Assembly (NCBI GenBank): GCA_964035545.1
Contig: OZ037765.1
Location: 11,728,698 to 11,792,697 of the forward strand
DNA: 64,000 nucleotides
Direction of reading: 5' to 3'
Source of the DNA: Bugula neritina
Lineage: Eukaryota > Animalia > Bryozoa
Shown here piece after piece: positions 13,782 to 24,000 of this stretch (positions within the stretch are counted from its first letter, which is position 1; every line of letters starts with the position of its first letter). Made by a program: the position numbers and the translations under genes. The notes under the pieces were generated by a model. It had not been told where the DNA came from, did no database searches, and saw nothing but the letters and a program-made list of their open reading frames with translations.

Positions 13782-14663
13782 TCAAATAAGTTTGTATTCC
13801 TCTACAGCAGAAGAAGGTATCAGCAAAAGAATTGGATGCTCTATTACTACCTTTCCATCAAGATTGTCTCGTAATGTTTTATTTTGATCAAAAAGATAAA
13901 TGGCTTTGGGTTGATTTAAATGTTCTGCGAGCATGCCAATACACATTGACGCTAATGTAGCACCTCCTGCTTCAAATTGGCCACCAAAAGCTCGTTCAAA
14001 CTCTGACCGGAATAATAGTCGACTAGTGAGCTCTGAGACACAATCATCCTTCTCAATTAGAGTTTTTGATTGCAATGAACCGCTAAGTGGTTTTGTACAA
14101 GACAAAGTCTTGTTTGATTCCGTTCCATTTTGATGTTGAGTCATCAAGTTCTCCAACATTTCCTTAATCTTGAGATCTTCATCAACTTTCCGGTCTTCAA
14201 CTTTACGATTATTGAGAACCCACCGAACATGCCAAAACATTTTAGTGCTGCTGTTCACCTTTCTAGGAAGGTTGCAATTACAGAAGGTGCTGTTGGATTT
14301 CCTACGAGCGGTGAGAAAAGGGGCAAGGCGGTATTCGATGTTTCTTAGAGAGGCAGCTTTGCTGAGCTTAGCCAATACCATTTTATTACAATTTAAATGT
14401 TCTGCAGGTTTATTCAGCACACTGTATGCAACACTATCATCCCATTTAGCTCTTTTTGCCGTACGCTCTAGAAAGTTAATGTCATCTTTTAAATTCGCTT
14501 CATTAAATTCTTGAAGAGATATGTAGGACGTAACATTACGTTTTCCGTTGCATTCAGTGTTTTTCTTGTGCATTGTCACACACTGTAGTGAGCAGGTTCG
14601 TATGGAGCACCTCGGGCAACAGTATATTGCTTCTTTGTCACCACAAACTTTACAAATTTGCAT
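13782..14663 (-). CDS. ZNHIT6: Box C/D snoRNA assembly protein BCD1 (zinc finger HIT domain-containing 6)
   Basis: N-terminal zf-HIT CKVC..CPRC..TCSLQCVTMHK, then C.GKR..YI...F....L..D..FLE, RRK.NST, FWHVRW and C-terminal TLRDNLDGKVVIEHP. Single 293-aa ORF. Confidence 0.9.
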   Translation of the reverse strand: MQICKVCGDKEAIYCCPRCSIRTCSLQCVTMHKKNTECNGKRNVTSYISLQEFNEANLKDDINFLERTAKRAKWDDSVAYSVLNKPAEHLNCNKMVLAKLSKAASLRNIEYRLAPFLTARRKSNSTFCNCNLPRKVNSSTKMFWHVRWVLNNRKVEDRKVDEDLKIKEMLENLMTQHQNGTESNKTLSCTKPLSGSLQSKTLIEKDDCVSELTSRLLFRSEFERAFGGQFEAGGATLASMCIGMLAEHLNQPKAIYLFDQNKTLRDNLDGKVVIEHPILLLIPSSAVEEYKLI

Positions 14664-15138
14664 TTTGAAATGTTAGTCTAGTCAAATTTCTAATTAATAA
14701 GAATTATTATCAAATTCAGACTTACTTACGACTATCAGCCATGCTTTTTATTTGTTCGATGAGCTCTCGAGTACAATGCGTGTTATGACAACAGGTCAAT
14801 TACACCTTAATTTATTCTACAGTTTTCTATTTTAGAAAAGATTACTCCTGATTATTACAAAACAAACTTACGCCGAAAAGACAATTCTTAATTATTTAGC
14901 TCAACATTTCGAATATAGTAGCCATCCATTGATTAATAAAGCAGAAAGTGGTCAATAACCAGAATGAACCACTTACAGTTGTAGAGAATTTAACCTGAAG
15001 AATAAATCCATACCAGCTGATCAAGCTCTCTTAAGATTTTCAAATCCATTTCAAACCTAAACTTATAGACAGTTAGAAAACTTGGGCTATTGAAAGTTCT
15101 TTGTTACTGCCCTCAGTGTAGGGTAAATTTTAAGATAC

Positions 15139-15286
15139 TGTTATGCTTTTCAGAATTAGGGTCGATGTGCAACCAAGAGAGTCTATTTATTACTAGAGAA
15201 ACTTCACCGTGATGAGTCGAGTAGATATCGTTATATTTGAATACAAGAATACATAATAAAATCTAATACACAACAGTTAATAATAC
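15139..15286 (-). repeat. Element A 3' LTR, distal part (R/U5)
   Basis: Matches 29777-29924 with 2 substitutions; contains a minus-strand AATAAA. Confidence 0.95.
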
Positions 15287-15591
15287 TGTTATGATTTTCA
15301 GATTTAGGGTTGATGTGCTATCCAGAGAGTCTATTTATTTACTATAGAACTGCACCAGGATAAGTCGAGTGAACGAGTATATTTTACCCACAATTATACA
15401 TCATAAAAACGATACATTATTTCCAAACAAGTTACACATCTAATCTATTTCACACTCTAGCTTCGACTGAGTTAGCAGCGGGAAACTACAATTGCTGCTA
15501 ACTATCAACTACGCTAATTGGCTATTCATTGTTCCGGGTCAATTACGCGACCCTACATGTTGTGCTGCTGGTAGTTCCACGAACCACCACA
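15287..15591 (-). repeat. Element B 3' LTR
   Basis: Identical to 22463-22767; preceded on the minus strand by polypurine tract GGTGGGGGCGG (15592-15602). Confidence 0.95.
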
Positions 15592-15877
15592 CCGCCCCCA
15601 CCAGCAGAAAGCCATCTTTCTGATATATATAAAAAAACATTCATTAATAACTACATACATCAGTGGACAAAAATAACACATAATATACAGAAAGAGACAT
15701 AATAATAATACAGAGTCATCGTAACGATCCGTTGCATACAATTGGCCAGCTGTAGATAGACGAGGAATACTAGCTAGCTGTGGTGTTAGACAGGGGATAA
15801 CCTGTTAAGCAGTCAAACATTTACATGACCTCTTGGCTTCTCCCAAGAGGCGGAGTTGGAGTACTCCGGGTAGTCAA

Positions 15878-16665
15878 CTAGAGTCCTTGTTGGGCACGCC
15901 GGTGCTTGGCTTGGCATGTACGCAGTTTCCGTTTCATACGGCATACGGATCCCTTCAGCTGGAAGAGTCCTGTTGTAGTGTTAAGTAGATCTGGTGCCAG
16001 CTGGGTGAATTCTTCTTGTAATCGCAGAAGGCGTTCTTCTACTGTGGCTAGGCGTACTGGGTCTGGGGACGGTGTCCGTCTGCGGCGCAAGGGTGGACTG
16101 GGGGACCTGGTCCGTCTCTTCGTCGGGGTAGGGGAGATCTCTCCTTCTTCTGGATATGTAATTTCCTCGGGGGTGTATGTAATTTGAGGGCGGTCAGACA
16201 CCAACGGGGATTGTTGGCGGGCGTTGTCTAACACACGTTGGAACCCCGAGGACAGAACGGCTAACAGCATGGCCTTCTTCACCAGAGGTCGTATAAGTGT
16301 GAGGAACTCCGGGTATAGCTTAGCGTCGACCACGTAGTTTTCTCCAGGGAAACAGCCCGCCGCTCTGTGTCTGGTGACGGGGTAGGGATACACATCATTG
16401 TACCCGCAGGGGCAGAATGTCAGTAGGAGATGAGCATTGACGTGTAGTTTAAGGGAGCGGTGAGAGGCGCAATCTTCACCACAGATCTGGCATCTCGTCC
16501 GTCCTCTGGACCCCCAGGCTGTTTCTATTTCTTCTTCTGTTTGTGGAGACACCCACCGCCAACGGCGGTGTAGTGGCTCAGGCCGGTCACCGCTAGCAAA
16601 CTCCTCTGGATACGGAGCGGGAAGTGTTCTATCCCGTACCCTGGTTGTAGCGGGTCGAGTGTAAT
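15878..16665 (-). CDS. Element B accessory gene, predicted exon 2: C2H2 + C2HC zinc fingers, R/S/P-rich segment, coiled coil
   Basis: CQIC-x12-H-x3-H, CPC-x12-H-x4-C, SPTPTKRRTRSPSPPLRRRRTPSP and heptads LATVEERLLRLQEEFTQL. There is no ATG at the ORF start; it is preceded by TATTAAC...CTTTTTCAG, a splice acceptor. Confidence 0.85.
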
Positions 16666-16979
16666 CTGAAAAAGTTTCAACAGTGTTAATACAGTACACT
16701 GCTGTGTTGTCAGCTTGAACAGCTTGGCAACTCCTAATTCAGTTACCTCGTAGAGATTTATGGTAGTGAATAGTCAGATAGAACACGTATTGCAATGAGA
16801 TTATAAAAATCTCTAAGTCAAATTGAGTTCTTACTACGGTATTTCACTAACCTATCTCCAGCTCGATTGACTCAGTGAGTCAGAGCTGAGCGATGCACTC
16901 TAGTTTCGTATTAAGATATAGTTAACTCACCCCACGATCTGTTGTCGTAAGACATACTGAATGTGTGAAATGGTTTGAA

Positions 16980-19900
16980 CTACTGCTTAGAAACACGTCT
17001 ACTCCTGACTGCATCAGCGTATGAAAAGATCGAGCAACGTGGTTGGGGTGCGTGATTAAGACTTTGTGCACCCGGCGGATGAATTTTATTTCTATTTCCG
17101 CCGATGCAAAAGTTGATATTTCCGTGGTGTTGACAACTCCCACATTTGCTCGATTCTTTTCTCGTACGGTTTTCCCCTAGACTTTCATGCGTGCCGCTTT
17201 TAACGCAGTCACATATGAAGTCCTTCAAGTATGCGGGGGGTTGCCTCGTACGCTGTCCCCTTTCTAGGGGGGGTGACACGCTTGCCGGTTCGTTAGTAGG
17301 GGCCTCTAATGGCGTCTCTACTTCACCGTCAGCAGTCACCTCTTCTTGTTCTCCGGATGGAGCCCCTCCCTCCGTGGGGGTTTGCACTTCCGGAACCGGC
17401 TCGGTTTCTGGAAGTGATGGAATTAGACTTGGCGGTGGCGGACACGCTTCTGTTGACAAAAGCTGCCGCTCTTCTCTCACCAAGTTTTCCTCCCGCGGTA
17501 TGACCACTTCGTATTCAGGTCCATGCCGCCGTCGCCCGCGCGTTGTTGTCTGCCTCCTGGGCTCCAACAACGGGGGGGCTTCTCCCACTGCGTCGGGGCT
17601 AGCCCAATACGGTTTCAAGCGAGACTCATTCTGGATAGATACCTGTCCTGAGCGCTCAATCTTGTACGTGTGATTGGGCATAGCCTCGACAACCACGTAG
17701 GGGCCTACGAACTTAGGCTTCAGCTTATCAGCCTGTCCGCGGTGCCTACGGTAATTGACCATCCACACCTTATCTCCCCTTTGATAGAGGGGTGGTTCAT
17801 CGGAATCTTCGTGCCGCACCTTCAACTGCTGTTGGCGCAGTATATCGTGTGCGGCCTTCATCCGTTCCACTAGTTCACTGGCATACTCGTGGACTGAGTT
17901 ATCTTGCTCTGGAACGTGATAGGTGAGATGGTCGGGGACACGAGTCTCTCTCCCGAGCATCAAGAGGTTTGGGGTCTCACCAGTACTGGTGTGTGGGGTG
18001 CTACGGTATGCACGCATGACTTGCGGCAACACCGTATCCCATTCCTCTTGACCTCGTCCAAGGAGGAGACTCCGGAGCGCATCACCTAGCATCCGGTTGT
18101 TGCGCTCCACCACCCCGTTACCTTGAGGGTGGTAGGGGGTGGTCCTGCTCTGATTTACTCCCCAGAGGCGGCAAAGGTCGCTCATCAGTTGAGACTGGAA
18201 TTGAGCGCCTTGATCAGAGTGTATCTGTTCGGGGAGCCCAAAATAACAGAATACATGTTGGTCTAGTGCCCTGGCCACTGTTGGGGCTGACGCATCTGGG
18301 ATAGCCAGAGCATCCGCCCACCTAGTAAAGTGGTCGGTTAGTACTAGGATCCAATTATTGCCTCTGGGGGTCAGGGGCATGGGTCCGACCAGGTCTACAG
18401 CGACTACTTGCCAGGGTCTACCAGCGTATAGCCTCCGCCGTCCTGCTTCACCAGGGGGGCGGCTATGCTTACTGGCCTGGCAGATTTCACACTGTTTGAC
18501 TCTGAGCCGGACATCACGCTCCATTTGTGGCCAATACCACCGGAGTCGTAATTTGGACATCACTCGCTTGACCCCTGCGTGGGCCTGCTTGTGAGTATCC
18601 CAAATCAACTCACGGCGGATGGCTGTGGGGCAGACTACCCTCTTCCTTTCTGGGTGTCTGCCGCTGGCAGCTAGAGAGATGGTTAGCAGCCCATCCTGCC
18701 CGATCCGCAGCGAGTCCCAACGCTGACAGTATAGCCGGAACTCGGCGCATCCCTGTCGTATGCGTTCCTCGCTGGGTCGTCGCCCTTCCCTTTTGGCCCG
18801 GTATATGTCTGCCACGACTCCAGGCAGCTCTTCTTGGAGCTTCTTCAGCTCTCGAACATTACCGGCCAGTACAGGGTTGGCGCGGAGGTTTTGTACATCC
18901 TCCGGGGATTCATCAACTCTTTGCCTGAGTTGACCTTGATCCCAGTCAAACGGTGCTCCGTGATGAGCCAGCGTCTCCAACTCGCATCGTGGGGGACCTC
19001 CATCCCTCCTCTCGATGTTGAGACACTGTTTGCAACCTCCGTCAGGTCGACGACTCAAACCATCCGCATTGCTGTGTCTCTTGCCCGGTCGATGTTCGAT
19101 CCGGTATGAGAATTCAGCTAGGATTTCGAGCCACCGGGCGACCTGACTAGAGGGCTCTGCTCTCCTGCACAACCAGATCAGCGAGGCATGATCCGTACGC
19201 AGCCGGAACTTCCTGCCATATAGGTATGGTCTGAAGTGCTTCACTGACTTGATTACTGCCAGCAGCTCCTTGCGGGTAGTGAGAGAGACTTGCTGTAGTA
19301 GGCTACTACTACCTCTCGGCCTTCCTGCACTTGTGACAGCACAGCGCCAACATTCTGGTCACTGGCGTCCGTGTCTAGGATGTACTCCAGAGTGGGGTCT
19401 GGGTAGGCCAAGATGGGCGCCGTTAGGAGGCAGCCCTTGAGGCGGTCGAACGCTTCTTGTTCGACTGGAGTCCACTGCCACGTCACTCCCTTTGCGGTGA
19501 GCCGGTTTAACGGCTGGGCTATGCCCGCAAAGTCTGGTATGTATTGCCTGTAATACCCTACCAGCCCCAAGAAAGCCCGGAGTCCGGTCAAGTCTTGGGG
19601 GGTGACCCAGTCTTCTACTGCCCGTACCTTTTCGGGATCCGTTGCCACGCCGTTCCGACCGACAACGTGCCCCAGGTACTTGACCTCCGGCTGCAATAGA
19701 GCGCACTTGGAAGGTTTGAGCTTAAGACCGGCACCTCGGAGTCTCTCGAAAACCTCCTGCAGACGACTGACATGTGTCTCGAAGTCTGGAGAGATTACGA
19801 TGACATCATCGAGGTAGACCAGCAGTGTCTTCCAATGGAGTCCGCTAAGGACTTGTTCCATCAGCCTCTGGAAGGTGGCTGGGGCGGAGGTTAACCCGAA

Positions 19901-21529
19901 GGGCAGCACCTTCCACTTCCACAAACCGTCCCGTGTGATAAACGCCGCTTTCTCTTGGGCGTCGGGACTCAGAGGAACCTGCCAATAGCCGCTTAGCAAG
20001 TCTAACGTACTGAAGTACTTGCTGCCGGCTAGGGCGTCCAATGACTCGTCAATACGAGGTAGAGGGTAGGCGTCCTGTATGGTTACGCTATTGAGTTTGC
20101 GGTAGTCCACACAGAACCGCCAACTGCCGTCTTTCTTCCGGACCAGTACGACTGGCGAGCTCCACGCACTATGGGCGGGCTCTATCAGTCCCCGGTCCAG
20201 AAGATCCCGTACTTGTCGGCTAACCTCCTTCTCTTTCTCCGGCCCCAGCCTGCGCGTGGGCTGCCGGACAGGGACTGTCCCTGCAGTCAGCGGTATTTTG
20301 TGTCTGACAATTCCAGTCAGTCTCACGTCATGCTCTCCGCTGCTGAACACATCTCCGTAGTCGCGTAGTAACTTAGCCATAGCTTGGCGTTCCTTGTTAC
20401 TCGCGCAGCCGCCACTGGCTGTTTCATATAACTCCCGGAGATGTGTTGGGACTGCCCCTCGTCCCTGAATAGGGTGTCGAGGGAGTGCCTCCGTCGCATC
20501 ATCCAGCGACGGGCCTACGTCTCCCTCCTGAACAGAGTGAAAACGGCCCAGCATCGACCCAGCCGGGAGCTTGATAGGCTCGGTAAAAAGGTTGACGCAC
20601 TGCACTAAGATCTCCCCTTGCTCAGTCAGCTGATTCAGACTGCTGGCAAGTTGGATCTTTTCGTGCGCGCCTTCAACCACCCCGAGTCCAGAGATCCGGC
20701 TACTATTCACCCTGCAGTGAATGGTAGCCCGGGAGCGGCCTGGTATGGTACGGTTGCGTACCACTTGCACACCTCCCACTAAAGGGCGGCCGAACTTGTC
20801 GACGCAGGCGAGTTCCCGCCCGGACATCATCATTGCAGATCTGCTAAAATCTATGTGACATCCGTGCCGTTTAAGGAACGGCATCCCGAGGATAGCATCC
20901 TCCTTGAGCTGACTGACGATGAACGTCTCTTGGATCGTTTGATCGCGGACTCGTCCCGTCAGCTCAATTATACCATAGAAGGGAAGGCACGACCCGTCAG
21001 CTAGGGTGCCGTATTCCCCTTCGTATGCTTCCATCTCGCCCCTGACCCTAGCACTGAGGGTGTCGAAGAGTTGGTGGCTTAAGAGGTTTGTGGTACAGCC
21101 CGAATCAATGAGAAAAGTAACAGCTTTGCCTTCCAGTTTACCGGGCAAGAAATAGCTGTTCCCATGGGGCTGCACCTGAACTCTCCCTTCAGGCCTTACT
21201 CTCGCAGGGAGTACCTCCCTCGCTTTGGGTCGCGAAGGAGGTCTTTTGGGGCGGTGGTAGGTAGGCCTCGGGGGTGCCGAGGCTAGATTCTCAGCTACCT
21301 TTGTGTGCTCCCATCCAGATTCTTGGACTTGTAGCCCTGTGAATCTGTTGTGAAGGGGCATAGAAAAGGCAGCTGCGGGGCGAAGCCCCTTGCTGGTCCG
21401 TCGTGGCTGTTGCCACTGTTGGTTGCCAGTACGCGGTACCCGTCTGGGTGACCTGCGTTTCTTCTTCCCTGGAGGTTTCATCGTCGGCCCGCGGAAGGTG
21501 GGAACATCTGCGGGCCGCGGTAGTTTAAC
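16980..21529 (-). pseudogene. pol: Element B pol (protease, RT, RNase H, integrase) broken by a 22-nt frameshift deletion in RNase H
   Basis: LIDSG protease, YLDD RT, LDTDAS RNase H, HHCC and D,D-35-E integrase (VAVDLVGP, IHSDQG, GVVER), GPY motif. Relative to 26651-26672 of element A, 22 nt are missing at 19280/19281. Confidence 0.92.
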
Positions 21530-22431
21530 CCCTGATTTAGGAAGGGGCAATATCGGCGGAAATGTCCTTGATTTCCGCACTCCCAGCAAAAACTGACTGT
21601 TTCTCCCTGTGGCGGCGCCGATGGCCGCATGGGCTCAGGGGCGGTACTCACTGGGGTTTGTGGTGTCAGTGTTGCTATCAGCTTGGCTAGCATGTCTGTC
21701 AGTTGAGTGACTTTCGATGCCGTCGCCAACTGGGACACGGCAGCCGCGGCGGGGGTTTCCTCCCCTTGTCCTGCGGCCGTGTCTGCGCGGTCTATCTCCA
21801 CTTGACGGGAGCTTCCGCGACTTTTATGCATTTGATTAGCTAGGAGGTAAGCTTCCCCCTCAGTCAGAGCATCTTCAACGGTGGTGACTCCCCTAGCTAG
21901 AAACTGGTGGTGGAGACCCAGATCGTCGACAGATGCTATGAAAGCGTCGAGGGTATACCTCTCGCGGTTGACTGGGGGCAAGTCGTTGTACGCGATCTGT
22001 GCCAGCTTCATGACCGCGGCGGCGTGCTCCCGCAGCGGGGTGCGGGGATCACGCCGCAACCTCTGCAATCGGGCCCTGGCATCTGTAGCAGAGAGGCCGA
22101 AGCGGGCCCGCAGAGAAGCAAAGATATTATCAATGTCTACGCCCAGCCCATAAGGCTTGGCTTTGTCCATCAATGCCATTCTAAGCTTCAGCAAGGCCAC
22201 CCTAGGGGGCCACTGGGCGACGTCCATTACGTCGCTAAGCTCTTGGATAAATTGTTCCACCTCCTCTTCACCCGTGAAGGTGGGCGCTTTTAACCTGTAG
22301 CGGTCCTCAGCTAGTTCTCGCGGAACTCTTCGCTCTTCTACTACATGGTTAACAGGCATTGTCTCTACAGCATTGTCTCTACGCTCACCTTCGATTGCCG
22401 GTGGTTGAGTTCCAGCATTTTCAGTCTCCAT
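21478..22431 (-). CDS. gag: Element B gag with CCHC zinc knuckle
   Basis: 317 aa; LKAPTFTGEEEVEQFI capsid-like start and CWECGNQGHFRRYC knuckle; begins just after the PBS. Confidence 0.92.
   Translation of the reverse strand: METENAGTQPPAIEGERRDNAVETMPVNHVVEERRVPRELAEDRYRLKAPTFTGEEEVEQFIQELSDVMDVAQWPPRVALLKLRMALMDKAKPYGLGVDIDNIFASLRARFGLSATDARARLQRLRRDPRTPLREHAAAVMKLAQIAYNDLPPVNRERYTLDAFIASVDDLGLHHQFLARGVTTVEDALTEGEAYLLANQMHKSRGSSRQVEIDRADTAAGQGEETPAAAAVSQLATASKVTQLTDMLAKLIATLTPQTPVSTAPEPMRPSAPPQGETVSFCWECGNQGHFRRYCPFLNQGLNYRGPQMFPPSAGRR
21485..21529 (-). promoter_or_regulatory. Predicted -1 ribosomal frameshift signal of element B (G_UUA_AAC, 5-nt spacer, GC hairpin)
   Basis: Heptamer 21529-21523 is in gag phase; stem CGGCCCGC/GCGGGCCG; the -1 frame reads VKLPRPADVP into pol. 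Confidence 0.75.
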
Positions 22432-22443
22432 CTTGGATGCACT

Positions 22444-22461
22444 ATCTCACCGCTGCCACCA
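22444..22461 (-). promoter_or_regulatory. Primer-binding site of element B, tRNA-Leu
   Basis: Minus strand TGGTGGCAGCGGTGAGAT, 1 nt after the 5' LTR; complementary (1 mismatch) to the 3' end of animal tRNA-Leu(AAG/UAG), ...AUCCCACCGCUGCCACCA. Confidence 0.85.
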
Positions 22462-22462
22462 C

Positions 22463-22767
22463 TGTTATGATTTTCAGATTTAGGGTTGATGTGCTATCCA
22501 GAGAGTCTATTTATTTACTATAGAACTGCACCAGGATAAGTCGAGTGAACGAGTATATTTTACCCACAATTATACATCATAAAAACGATACATTATTTCC
22601 AAACAAGTTACACATCTAATCTATTTCACACTCTAGCTTCGACTGAGTTAGCAGCGGGAAACTACAATTGCTGCTAACTATCAACTACGCTAATTGGCTA
22701 TTCATTGTTCCGGGTCAATTACGCGACCCTACATGTTGTGCTGCTGGTAGTTCCACGAACCACCACA
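22463..22767 (-). repeat. Element B 5' LTR
   Basis: TG...CA ends; on the minus strand: CCAAT (22697-22693), 10-bp inverted repeat (22646-22679), TCAGTC initiator-like motif (22646-22641), AATAAA (~22515-22510). Confidence 0.95.
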
Positions 22768-22771
22768 ATAC

Positions 22772-22929
22772 ACACGTCTATTTAATTTACAGCACTATCC
22801 TCAACTGGGCTAGTAGCGCGAAGCTGCTACTATTATTTATAAGCAGCTTAGCTAATTGGCTAATACATCGTTCCGGGTCAATACGCAACCTTGCGTATTG
22901 TGTTGCTGGTAGCTCCACGAGCCACCACA
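22772..22929 (-). repeat. Element A 3' LTR, proximal part (U3/start of R)
   Basis: Matches 29925-30075 apart from 1 substitution and a 7-bp indel; preceded on the minus strand by PPT GGAGGGGGCAG (22930-22940). Confidence 0.95.
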
Positions 22930-23206
22930 CTGCCCCCTCCAGCAGAAAGCCCTCTTTCTGATAAAAATATAATTCACATAAAAAAACGTATACATCGGTG
23001 GGCAGATAGAGAACAGTACAAAAGTATATACAAGAGCCAACTGATTAGAGATACAGGTATATATATATAAAAAAAATATGTACAATGAATGATGCAAGTA
23101 TGTAAAAGAAAGTCTTATTTACATGTAGAGTACGTGCCACCGTAACGGAAGGAAATGCCACAGAAAGGTAGGGGAAGAGTAGTATGGAGTTGGAGATGGA
23201 CTCAGG

Positions 23207-24000
23207 TTAATCGTGGGCCGCCCGCTTCATGCGTTTAATAGACTCCTGTAGATACTTGAGTTCGCTGGATGCAGCATGCACGCGCGGGGCCAGTCTATAC
23301 ACTTCTTGCTCCAGGTCGTGTGCCCTAGCTTCTACTTCACGTAAGTTGCGGGCCAGAGGGGATGAACGAGAGAAAGCCTGCTGTCTGTGCCTTTTTCGTT
23401 CTGAAGATGGAAGTGGGGAAGGGAGCGTATATGCCTTCGTGTCTACCCTCTGTAGTACGACACGGGGGAGTGTATGCGGTTGGCGTATAGGACTGAGAGG
23501 TGGGGAGTTAGCTGATTTTGTAGGCTTATCCATGATTTCAGAGATGATGGGTCGAGGGGAGGGAAAGCCTTGCTCCAGGCGAGACAGCCGAGCCGAGTCG
23601 GTGATGAGGGGTCTGATGGCGTTAAGGAATGCGGGATATGATGATTTGTCTACTTCATAGATGTGTCCTTGAAAGCACTGCATAGTGCGTTGGTGACGCA
23701 GTAGATAATCACGATTGTAACTATATTCTCCGCAGGGGCAGAACGTTGTGTTGTAATGCTGCGGCAAGTGGACTCTCAGCCTACGATGGGTTGTAAACCG
23801 CTGCTGACATAGGCGGCATTCGCGGTTACTGTCATCTCCTCTATGAGTCTTAATCTCCTTCTCTGTGGCAGGGGTAGTCCAGTTAGAGGTTGCTTCCAAC
23901 TGGGGTGGTAGTTGTCTGGTTGTGGAAGTTGGTGGGGCCGGCTCTGGGTCCCACGCCATCTCTAGAGAAGGCATGCCCGGAGAGACGGACGCGAGTGTGT
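23207..24000 (-). CDS. Element A accessory domain/gene, predicted exon 2: C2H2 + C2HC zinc fingers, S/P/R-rich segment, coiled coil; also in frame with integrase
   Basis: CRLC-x12-H-x3-H, CPC-x12-H-x5-C, YEVD...YPAFLNAIRPL, LREVEARAHDLEQEVYRLAP...IKRMKR. Homologous to 15878-16665. Acceptor ATCTAAC...CTACTTTTGCAG ends at 24001. Confidence 0.85.

Larger units (their letters stand above)
15287..22767 (-). mobile_element. Ty3/Gypsy LTR retrotransposon B (inner, nested element)
   Basis: Identical 305-bp LTRs at 15287-15591 and 22463-22767. TSD ATAC at 15283-15286 and 22768-22771. Removing it restores a copy of the element A LTR. Confidence 0.95.

Noticed and set aside
15878-16699. Calling the third ORF env
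   Set aside because: No signal peptide, transmembrane helix or fusion-protein features; zinc-finger and coiled-coil content instead.
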